Assembly (NCBI RefSeq): GCF_004010195.1
Contig: NC_057718.1
Span: forward strand, 100,572,411 to 100,636,410
DNA length: 64,000 nucleotides
Direction: 5' to 3'
Source: Chiloscyllium plagiosum
Taxonomy: Eukaryota
Each line of letters starts with the position of its first letter. Position 1 is the first letter of the stretch. Of the stretch, positions 26,101 to 38,100 are shown in pieces. Under the pieces are notes generated by a model, which was not told the DNA's origin, searched no databases, and was given only the letters and a program-made list of their open reading frames with translations. Made by a program: the position numbers and the translations under genes.

Positions 26101-29100
26101 TCCCAGTGCCACGAGCTTGTGAGGGTAGGAATAGGAGGATAGAGCAGATGAACACATGCCTAAGAAGCTGGTACAGGAGAGAAGGATTCACAAATTTGGA
26201 TCATTGGACTGTCTTCTGGGGGTAGAAGTGACCTGTATCAGAGGATGGATTGTACCTGAATTGGAAGGGGTCTAATATACTGGTGGGCTGATTTGCTAGA
26301 GTTGCTTAGGAAGATTTAAACTTTCATACAACCCATTATTGGGATTGTACCTTAGACCCATCAGTAGTCAGCAGGAAATTGAGAAACAAATTTTTAAGGA
26401 GATCTCAGTTATTTGCAAGAATAATAGGGTGATTATGGTAGGGAATTTTAACTTTCCAAACATTTGTTAAGTTTGTACAAGAAAATGTTCTAATTCAATA
26501 CATGGATGTACTTATTAGAAAAGGTGAAAAACTTGACCTTGGGACATAAGGCAGGACTAAGGTGTCAGTGCGGAGCATTTTAGGGTCGGTGACCATAATT
26601 CTATTAGTTTTAAAATAGTGAAGGAAAAGGATAGACCTCATCTAAAAGTTAACGCTCCGAACTGGAGGAAGGCCAATTTTGACAGTATTAGGCAAGAACT
26701 TTCAAAAGTTGAGTAGGAGTTGTTGTTTGCAGGTACAGGGACGGCTGGAAAATGTGCAGCCTTCAAAAGTGAGATAATGAGATTCCAGAGACAGTACATT
26801 CCTGTTAGGAAGAAGGGCAAGCAGGTGTACGGAATGCTGGATGACTAGAGAACTTGAGGTTTTGGTCAAGAAAAAGGAGGAACGTATGTCAGGTATACAC
26901 AGCAGAGATCGAATGAATCCTTAGAAGAGTACAAGGGCAGCAGGAGTATACGACAGAGGAAAATCAGAAAGGCAAAAAAGGGATCATGAGATAGCTTTGA
27001 TAAATAGAGTTAAGGAGAATCCAAAGGGATTTTACAAATACATTAAGGACAAAAGGGTAACTAGGGAGAGAATAGGGCCCCTCAAAGATAAGCAAGGCCG
27101 CCTATGTGTGGAACTGCAGGGGGAGATCATAAACAAGTATTTTGCATCAGTGTTTACTATGGAGGAGGATATGGACGGTATAGAGCATGGGGAAATTAAA
27201 TAGTGACGTCTTGAAAAATGTCTATATTACAGAAATGGTGGTGCTGGATGACTTAAAATGCATAAAGGCGGGTAAATCCCTGGGACCTGATCAGGTGTAG
27301 GAGAAAGTGAGGTCTGCAGATGCTGGAGATCAAAGTTGAAACTTTATTGCTGGAACAGCACAGCAGGTCAGGCAGCATCCAGGGAACAGGAGATTCGACG
27401 TTTCGGGCACAGGCCCTTCCTGAAGAAGGGCCTGTGCCCGAAACGTCGAATCTCCTGTTCCCTGGATGCTGCCTGACCTGCTGTGCTGTTCCAGCAATAA
27501 AGTTTCAACCTGATCAGGTGTACCCTCAAACTCTGCGGGAAGCTAGGGAAGTGATTGCTGGGCTCTTTGCTGAGATATTTGTATCATTGACAGTCATAGG
27601 TGAGGTGCCAGAAAACTGGAAGTTGGCTTACATGATGCCACTATTTAAGAAAGATGGGAACTATAGACCGGTGAGCCTGACATCAGTGGTAGGTAAGTTG
27701 TTGGAGGGAATCCTGAGGGATAGGATTTATTTGGAAAGGCAAGGACTGCTTAGTGATCGTCAATATGGAAAAATGTGTTTCACTAACTTGAATTCTTTGA
27801 AGTTGTAGCGTAGACAATTGATGAGGGCAGAGCAGTGGATGTGATCTATATGGACGAAGGAGTTTGCCAAGGTTCCTCATATTAGACTGGTTAGCAAGGT
27901 TAGGTCACACAGAATACAGGGAGAACTAGCCATTTGGATGCAGAACTAGCTAACAAACAGAGGGGGATGGTGGAGCTTGTGGTATGCCACAAGGATTGGT
28001 GCTGGGTCCACCGTTTTTTTTATTGTCATTTACATAGATGATTTGGATGTGAACATAGGAGGTATGGTTGTAAATTTGCAGATGACACCAAAGTTGGAAG
28101 TTCGTGGACAGCAAAAGCTACCTGAGAGTACAAGATCTTGATCAGATGGGCCAATGGGCCAAGGAGTAGCAGACGGAGTTTAGTCAAATGTGAGGTGTTG
28201 CATTTTGGAAAGGCAAATCAGGGCAGGACTTAATGGAAAGTGTACTGGGGAGTGTACAGTGGAGTCAGGTAGATGGGATAGTCAAGGCAACGTTTGGTAC
28301 GCTTGCCTTTGTTGGTCAGTGCATTGTATAGGAGTTGGGAGGTTAATGTCAGGATGTACAAGACATTGGTTAGACCTCTTTTGAAATACCACATGCAATT
28401 CTAGGCTCCCTGTTACAGGAAGGATATTGTGAAACTTGAAAAAATTCTGAAAATATTTACAAGGATGTTGCAGGGATGGAGGGTTTCAGCTATAGGGAGA
28501 GGCTGAATAGGTTGGAGTTATTTTCTCTGGAGTGTTGGAGGCTGAGAGGTGACCTTGTAGAGATTTATAACATCATGAGGGGCATGGGTAGACGAGTTCT
28601 TTTCCCTGGGGTGGGGATGTCCAAATCTAGAGGACATAGGTTTAAGGCAAGAGAGGAAAGATTTAAAGGACCTAAGGGGCAACCTTTTCATGCAGAGGGT
28701 GGTGCGTGTATGAAATAAGCCCCAACAGGAAGGGTAGAGGCTGGTACAATGGCAACATTTAAAAGGCATCGGAATGAGTATTTAAATAGGAAGAGTTTAT
28801 AGGGATATAGGCCAAATGCTAGAAAATGGGACTAGATTTATTTAGGCCATCTGGTCAGCATGGACAAGTTGGGCAGAAGGGTCTGTTTCCATGCTGTACA
28901 GCTCTAGGGCTCTAAGTTAGAACAACAGCCAAATCTAAAACCTTTTCTATATGAAACAAATGTCTTACTTGTTCCACGAAGCCACGGTCTGAATTCTAGT
29001 TTGCATTTTCCTATAAAGTAACAGATGCTCAGATTATCCATTTTCACCTATTTAGACACCAGCAAATTCGAGATTGTAGTCTGGTTCCTGGTTCAGGAAG

Positions 29101-32100
29101 AGAATTCCACAATGAAAATGACATTTTACGCTGCACAACACAAGTCAGCTGTCAGGAAAAACAAAAACTACAAATATCATCTGTATATGGCAAATTGTTG
29201 CTGTTAACATTGCCACCAGTAGACTTTCCCAGAACCTTCATAAAGTGCACTTCAAATGGCAACTCCTGAATGCGGCATATGATGACAGCAGTTCATGCCT
29301 CAGCAGCCATGCCATAACACCAGAGAAAGGAAAACTGCACTTCAGAACATCTCAATCAGACCATAACAGTTTCTTAAAGTGGAGCATCAGTTATGCAGAC
29401 AAACATTGCAACTGCAATAAATTAATTCTTAGCCAAATATTTATGGAGGAGGGACTTTTGAACTGGCCTTTCAAAGAAATGGTACAATCAGGATAGGCTG
29501 AATGGCATCCTTCAGTACTGCCTAATTCTATGAAGCTTTTAAAAATTAATTTAAGTCTTTAATTACTAAATTAAAGACGACAATTATTTGGACAAAGTTA
29601 CAAATCACACAACACCAAGTTATAGTCCAATAGGTTTAATTGGAAGCACTAGCTTTCAGAGCGCCGCTCCTTCATCAGGTGGTTGTCAGAGACATCTACC
29701 TCTTCCTCAATCCCCACGCGAGCAAACAGTAACAAGCAGCAGTGATTCACCTATCATGGGAGATTATGCATTAAACAATTATTTTGAAAATTCCAAGAAG
29801 ATCGTATACGATCATTCTCAAGAGAGTTGATAACAACTAATGAATTGTTAGACAGTCCTGATTGCTCCAACTCCTGATGCTGAAAGCAAAGAGGGATGTT
29901 GGTCATGTCGCTGCATGGGTGAACTTGAGTGCCATTTGTTATGTAACAGCTGAAACAAGACAAGCAAGCTTGAAATCAGCAACTGTATACATATGTTTGC
30001 CAGCAGTCTCAGCTGATCTGCCCATTCACTGTTTTGAGGATGCTGGAACTTATTTCAGTATTTTTTATTACTGTTGCGCTATCACTCATCACTCAGCATA
30101 AAAATATGTTTTGAGTGTTGTAGCTCAGAGGCAAACAGGACTGAAATTTTCTACTGACCATCAAAATACACAATTGTGTATTTATATACAAACAAAGTAT
30201 CTTCAAAAAGCAGTGAAATGTTCAAACCTTGGATTCTTCAATGATCGGAATAAATTCTTCAGATACAGATGCTGGAAGTTTATTGAGCAGGTGGTACATG
30301 CCAAAATTATTTCCAAAATGCAATTCTTCGCATCAGCCACAAATGATCCATATGTGGCCACAAAGGCAGCAAAGAGATTACCCCAAAAGAATGGTACGTC
30401 GTGGTTATATTTGGCATCTACAAGAATCATGATTTTGTACGAACTAAACAGAACTGTAAACTCAGCAAAGGCAGATACAAATGAGTCAAACACTGGTATG
30501 ATTCTAAAATTTTAAAATATAAACCAAAATAAGCTACAAACACTGTTTATGCATTTCAGAAATAACTAGGGTGAGGATGGAGTCTGTTTCCTTATTAAAC
30601 TTCAAAATGGATGCCGAAGCCTAGCTGTCTGCAAGTTCCAAGCAGGTGCTTTGATGTGTAGCTAGCCAGGGTAAAGAGCTTGGTTCTAGCTCCTAATCAA
30701 ATTATGGGTCCTTTGAAGGGTAATGGGTAGATTCCAAACTATGACAATCAGACTGGAGTAACTTCAATTTCTAACAAATATCAAAGCACAAGTTTGCAGA
30801 TGCATGCAATATACCCTAAATGGCCGGATTATCAATGGTGCTTTGTTCTGAGAGGTTCAAAGTATACATGGTTTAAATAATCAGTGGATTCTGGTTGACA
30901 GCTGACATGCTCATTAAAAAACAATTCAAACATCCTCCAATGTGTCTTTGAACTGATAGACCCATAGGTCTCGAATTCTTTTGATCTGGAACATATACTA
31001 CTGACTTTTTCCAACATTTTAAATTCACTTTCATTTCTGGAATTGACTCATGTACATAGTAACAGTGTGGTGGAGTTTTGCCCAAACTTTAATCCTAAAG
31101 CCTGATCTTTTTATTGTCTTGAAAACTGTATCTACTGTTGCTGTTTCCATTCTTTTTACTATTCTGGCTCCAACACGGTATAACATGCTCAATAGTAAAT
31201 AAAGGTATCAACTCTTTGCTACATATGCTCCCCTATACACTATTAAAATGTAGATTTCAGTGCAGAGGAAATGCAGTCAAACTATAAACTATTAAAAAAT
31301 GAATCTCTTCCCAAAAGCATTAAGCAAAAGCACTGGGACAAATCCTATATGATAATCTACAAGAACTTCATCCCAGTGAAAAGATTAGGCTCAAGTGCAG
31401 TACAAATGCTTCAGGGATTTCCAACATAAAGGTCAGAATTCATAGCTAAAGTTTCTTTATACTTTTGAGAGTTTTCTACAAATTGAGATTATAAATATTG
31501 GCCCAGATCCTCGAGTTTCCAGAGACAGAGAGAGGTGGTATCCCATAAGATACCTATCGGGACCCCCTCTGAATTTTTGCACTATGGTTACACAGGAATT
31601 TCTCAAGAAATTTAAATTTCTTAAGGGCAATGAGACGGTGTCTAGAACACTCTGAAAAAGTCTCCAACTCCGATTAAGAATTGGAGACCTCAAGGGTTTA
31701 GACTTACTTACTTGGATAGTTACCTAGAAAATGTTAAGACAGAAAATGTTAAAACTGGTTCTAACTCTACTAGACAACTGAACCCACTGAAAGCCCTACT
31801 GACCCCCCCGCTTCACCACACCCTCTATATTCCTTGACTCTGTGACCTTATACACTAGACCCAACCTCACCAACTTACACACCTACCTAGCCGCCAACAT
31901 ACCCTTTACCCACTTATCTCAAACAGGTTATCCATGTACACATGTATAAATTCACCCAGGCATTCACACTCTTACTAATACCTTATGATTTGGAACACGT
32001 GAACTGTTTCTTATTACAACACATGTTGTCGTAAACAGATGTAGGAGTTCTGCACAGATTCTCCTGGCTGGTCTCTAATCACCACCAACTATGCCCCCAT

Positions 32101-35100
32101 CCCCAAAGGAATCATGTGATAACTGATTGGCAAGAAAAAAAAACTATGGAGGAAAGCAAATGGTCAATTTTTTTTAAAATCAGGTCAGCGTTATAAACAA
32201 GGTTCTGTCATTGACTGGAACATTTGGGCCATTATGTTTCAAAAAGAGTGTTCCAAAAGCCATCACATAAATGTGAAGCAAATTTTTTTTGTGCTGTCAT
32301 CTTAGTTGTTTTGTGTCATTTGCCAGTTCACAATGGCAAACTTTGGAAAATAACTGAACAATCCACTATTTTGTTTTGCACTGGTTATTTATTGTCGATT
32401 TGATTGATTGAATAATCCAACTGACTAAATCCATCATGGATAATATAAATTTTTTGGAGTACAGAATAGCAGGACAAAGTGTAATACCGTAGACTGTTCG
32501 ATGTAATACGGAGTTCAACGCACAAAAAAAGTGGTGCACTTTAGATAGATATTATCATTACCCAGAGTCACTAAACAAGTTAAAATCAACTTGCATTGCA
32601 AGATTAATGGCATTCCAGATTATGTCTTTCAAAATAATTATTTCAAATAATAGGTGAAAGTGAATCAGGAAAGTTTCCAATATTGTTTACAAATTGTTTG
32701 AACGTATTTCTTTGCATTTCACCTTTGGTTTGTAAAATCACTACACGCATTGTGTAGGGACAATTTACTGGTGGATAATGAATTTGTGCCCACTGCCATT
32801 CACCAACATGTTGTAAAGTACCTACTCAGTTATAGCATTATGGGAAATGTTATTCAGAGACCAAGGTCTGCATACATAAATAAACGAACAGCAAATACTG
32901 GACATCTGAAACAAAAAACAGAAACCTTCTCCAGCACTTTGTTTTTGTCCAAGCTATGTATATGTCTTGTGAGGGAAAAAAAAGAAAACCACCAAGCCAA
33001 TTGTGCATCCCTCAAATAGCTGACTCAAACCAGACAGAATTTTGCCATCCACTGCTGGGAGTCGACAGGCCTGCCATCTCCAGACTTAGGGCGGCCAACC
33101 TGCCCACACACCAGTTGAGGCCCTTAAGGGTGGGAAACCCTGTAACCAGAATATCCTGGTTACACAACGTAAGTTTGGAATTGAACCCTGTTCTTGCCAT
33201 CTACTGTGGTCACTTTTGAACTAATATACTGTAAAAAGGGATAAAAAGAGAAGAGCAACTCCACTTGTACATGATGTGTTTGAGGACTTTGAAACTTAAA
33301 GACTTTTCTTTTCTTAATCTTATGGTTAAAAAAGAAGCACTAACGTTTTCAGACACTTCTCTTCTCTTCTTTGTCTGAATCATTTCTGTTTCCACCTTCT
33401 CTGCAAGCTCCAGCTTTCGTCTGTTTTTCCTAAATGCAGATAAGCTGAACTCTAAATAGGATTAAAAATAAAACACTATTTATATTAAACTTTTGTGCTC
33501 TAAATGTAATATGTGAATAACTATTACTCACAAAAGCCAATAACATCTAATAAATGGAATTGGTGTTTTCTACTTGGTTCAGGTTTTAGTTATAATGAAC
33601 TTAGACAAAGGAAAGCATCAACAACTCTAAATGGGTCTGCAAGGAGGTCACAAAGATTTAGCAGCATTTCTCACACATGGTTTTATTAGTAAACTCAACT
33701 TCTGAGGCAAAACTGAGCGACACAAAACAGAGTACTCGTTTGATCCCTAGTGCTGCAAGGAAAGGCATAAAGGAAAAATTGGATTTTACTTCATAGGGTA
33801 GGGTTCTAGATCTCGATAACTATCCAGCTGAGATGGGAAGTTTTTTTTCAGGGAGTTGGGAAAAGAGGGAGGACATGCATGTTGTTGTTCCAGGTGCCAT
33901 TACACGGTTTGTAGATTTTTTTTAAAATCAGGAGCCAGCTTTACACATAGCCTGATATCCTTTTACAAATAAATCTAGTAAGGTGTGAAAGAAACTGCAA
34001 ATACATTATCAGCCGTTTTAAACTACCTGTACTCAAATTCATTACCTTCGGTTTCTGGTCCACTTTTTCATTCTTCTTTTAGCGGCTATATTAATAGTCT
34101 ACTCAAAACCCCATGCAACTACACATATCTCTAAATGCAAGGTCACTAAGCTAAATTTGTTTTTTTAAAATCTAGAAGTAGCCCCAACTAAGCTTGCTGA
34201 ATAGCAGGATCAATGCGATCATCGGAATAGGCTGGGGAATAGAATCAATGTACAGTATAAGATTCTTTCGAAGGATTGGCACAAGCCCAACTTTTTAAAT
34301 CACCTCTGTCCTGTGCTGTAAATTTTATAATTCTGTTCTAATCCATTGTCTCCAATAAAGAAAACATGGAATCAAGCACTTTTTGTGTGCAAATTTTACA
34401 AGCATCTTCTTCCTATTTGATGGCAATTGTGCATACACAACACTATAATGGCTCCATAATTGACTTTTTCTTTGGTCCTTAACTACATTAACGCTCACCA
34501 GTGCAATCAACGTTTTCAACATTGGAAAAAATATGAGTAGATTAGCAAACTTAGCAACCTTCCCACCTTTCCTCAATAATTTGCAAACATGAAAATTAAG
34601 TTTACCAACTTTCACTTCATAAAGTCAGTTCCCCATCATTGCTACTTGCTTAAAACCCTTTGTGCTGACAGCTCACTAACCCTATTTACCATTTCTGCGC
34701 ATTTAGGTAAAACATTTCAAACCCATTGTGTACTGCTACTTCCAAGCTATTTACTCTAGTGCCAACTACATTTCCCGGTCTCCTGTGCACCGTGTTTCTC
34801 CTCTCTTAATATTGCTATTCTCCTAATAAATTTACTTCAAGCCTCCCTTGAGTACCAGTAACAAAGATTTAAGCCCAGCTTTATTGAGATGCAATACAAC
34901 AGATCCCTTCAGCTTCAGAACGGAGGCCAAAGTGCAGGAAATCTGAAACCCTTCCTCCTGCACTTAATGCATTGAACCAGTTTTATCCTACGACCTGGAT
35001 GTTTCTACACTAAAGTGAATAATCTTGCAGGTGCTACTTTTAAGCTTTTGCCCTCACTCCTGAAATTCTGACTGCAGGTCCTCAACCTTTTGCATTCCCA

Positions 35101-38100
35101 CGTTACCGGTTCCCACATTGAATGCAACTTCTGGCTGTTATAATCCCTTCTCAGAATGTTCTGCACTCTCCCAACAGAGGTCCTTTAGAACAATATCAGA
35201 AAGACAGCAAACTGAATTCTCGTGGTGGTCTTCTAGCCTTCAATCAAATCCTTACGAACATTTCTGCACTTTGCGATGCCCTTTTGATAGCCATTTGAAC
35301 CACAAACTGCATTGTACAGGTCAGGTATCATTTTGCTACTTTTTATTATAAGCATTAAACAACTGAGCTAAATATCACTGTTCCAGATATTGTGAATGAC
35401 TGAATATTTATCAGCAATAAAAAGTAATGGATTAAATGTAGAAAGTTCTCATCATATAACTCTATTGCCTTACAATCCCACAAAGTCAAAGTCAGAGGTT
35501 AGGAACTAGGCTACCTCTCAAGACACTAAAAGTAAAACACTTCTCTTTCCAAACAATTAGCTTTTTGAAAAACTTGTTATGAACATCAACATCCAAAAAT
35601 GTGACAGGACTGTACAGTAAATTTAAATGCATTTTCTATTGGAATGAACAATTTTATTTTCTCTCCACACCGACCCCAAAACAACTCTGGCAATTTTGAA
35701 ACTAATTTGAAAGCAAACTGAGAACTTCTTACTTGTTGCCATCATGTCAGGAGGACACGGAACAATTCCATGATCCACTGCCCATTTGTAAGCCCCTTCT
35801 CCAACTAAAAAACTAAAGGAAAGGGAGAACATTGTTAGCTCCAAAAAAAACCACATATATACTAAATTTGTAATCAAAAAGAAGATTGATGTTAATTGCA
35901 TAAACAAGGGTTAAGTGTCTACAACTAGGGAACACTCATTGGACAATGACTTGTGCAAGGAAAGATTAATAAAAAGTCCAACAGATGGAGGGCTGCCTGC
36001 CTCTCTCGTGATCATAGCCATGTCCAGGTGCCCCTGGAGAGTAAGCATGCAGTATTCATTGTTACCCTTGAGACCTACCATAAATGGTAGGCTTCACAAG
36101 GTCTGGAACACATTAAAAACAATCACATTATTTGAATTTGGCAAGTTTCCTTTTATGATTTTGGTTTTTGTTACAATAAACAAAAATACCCCTTTCAAAC
36201 AGTTTATCATTTTGTTGACTACTTTTTTTCAAAGAGACACTTATTGACATTGCTGTCAGGTATCACACTTGGTAAATAAATCTAACATGGAGCAGAGAAT
36301 GACTTCTAGTTTCTTACTTTAACTAGCTGTGAGTTTAAAAATTGATTGGAGAAAGTATCACATTTTCCATAAGCATCTGTACAATCAACTTATACTTCTA
36401 TGGTGTCAATAATATATAGACATCCAAATGTACTTCATAAAAGAATAATATAGGAAATAGATTAAGTCATGTGAGAAATCGTTAAAGTGAGTCTCAAAGC
36501 TATCAAGGAACTTAGGAGAAACTCAGAAGAATTAAGGAGTTCCACTGGTAGTGAAAGGGAAAGTGTAAGACATGAAGCCAAATTTAGTCATTGTTATTTC
36601 ATGAAAGGCATTGGGCATCAGGTAATCACAACTTTGCAAGATTCGAACCTGAAAATGTGAAGGCAGCAGTATTACTGGATTGACGTACTAGGAACAAAGC
36701 ATTTCAAAAAAGCATGCACACACAAATTTGAGTCGATAGCAGCAGAGATATTGTAACTGATGGAAGTTGTTGTAGGAGCGAGGAAAAAAATTTTGAAAAA
36801 ATATTAAAAACTGTTATTAAAAGGCAGCTTCTTCCCCTTCATTACTGCATCAAGCTATTCCAATAAAATTGCTGCTCTGTAAAGTTCTTCAGAAAAATGT
36901 CATTATTTTACTTTTTACTGTTAATAGGCTAACAGGTCTGTAATTATTTATGCCATCTCACCAGAAGTGGAGTGTTCAACCCCTTGAGTCTATTCTGCCA
37001 TTCAACAAAACTGCAGCTGATATATATCCCAACTTCAATTTACCCACCTTGGTTTCATACCTCAATATGTTTACTAAACGAATCTTTCGTCCTCAGTTTT
37101 AAAAAATTTCAACTGACTTACCTTGAGCAGGGATAAGCAGAGTTCCACATTTCTAGGATCCATTTTATGAGTAAGTGATTCTTATATCATCCCTGACAGC
37201 TGAACTACAATTTTGGGGTTAATGAATCCTTGTTTGGGACTGCCTCATCAAATATATCTCTGATTATTCTATCAATCTTTTGATCTTTTTACATCTCAAT
37301 TCGTCTATCCCTTAGTTTTCTACAGTTAAGAAAATTAAAAAAAACTTACTTTATGTAGCCAGTTCTCAATTTAGCTCTTAGTCCCAGTAGAATTCTAGGG
37401 ATTGTGAGTACACCTCTCTTTCACATTTGTGTCTTTTCTTTAAAGAAAAGAAGTAATGTTCAAGAAAGAGCTCTGTGATTCTAAATTTTTTGAAGGTCAA
37501 AGCCTACCTTTCTCTTCGGAGGAGAAATATAGGTCTACAGGAAAATCAGTCTATTATCTACTGATCTTTAACAAGTCAGTTGAATCGAAATTGGAACAAA
37601 ATGGATCAGATACCAAAATTGCCCTGGCTTCTCCTGCTGATGAGATCTAGACTTGCACTTCTCGATCAGTTCCATTTAAGCTAATGACATAGCCATTAAC
37701 AGTGAAAACTTAACAAGCTGCAAAAACAAACAAAATAAATCTCAAAAGCTGAAGATATAGCACTAAAGGAACTCTACAAGAAATTCTGAGAAGAAAGCAC
37801 TCACTCAATTCCTCTTGCAAAGAGGGTTCAAATGTTGATGAAGAACTTCATAGTCAGAACATCTTCCACCTATTTTGTCCAGTATCAACTTAGTTTGACT
37901 ATCCTGTTCAAACCTAAGAGTTGCTGTAATTAATTGAAAATTGGAGACAAAGCCTCTGCTTCTTCTAGTAAAATTAGTTTTATAGCAACAAACCCGATAA
38001 GTACAGATTAATGAACAATATTAGAGAAAGTTTTGTGAATCATGGACAACCTTGACATTTTTCCAGCCAGGTGAGCTAGTAATGGATTTTTCTATGCCTA

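Larger units (their letters stand above)
25140..28915 (+). mobile_element. Near-full-length decayed CR1-type LINE (ORF1 esterase from ~25390, ORF2 EN/RT, 3' UTR)
   Basis: ILIGESLVRGTDR...VYCLPGARIKD (ORF1); VKENPKGFYKYI, GNYRPVSLTSVVGKLLE, degenerate FADD, LFSLE...RLRGDL (ORF2); many stops and frameshifts. Confidence 0.9.

Noticed and set aside
27320..27808. 162-aa ORF
   Set aside because: Chimeric read-through from the hairpin insertion into a CR1 ORF2 fragment; no evidence of function
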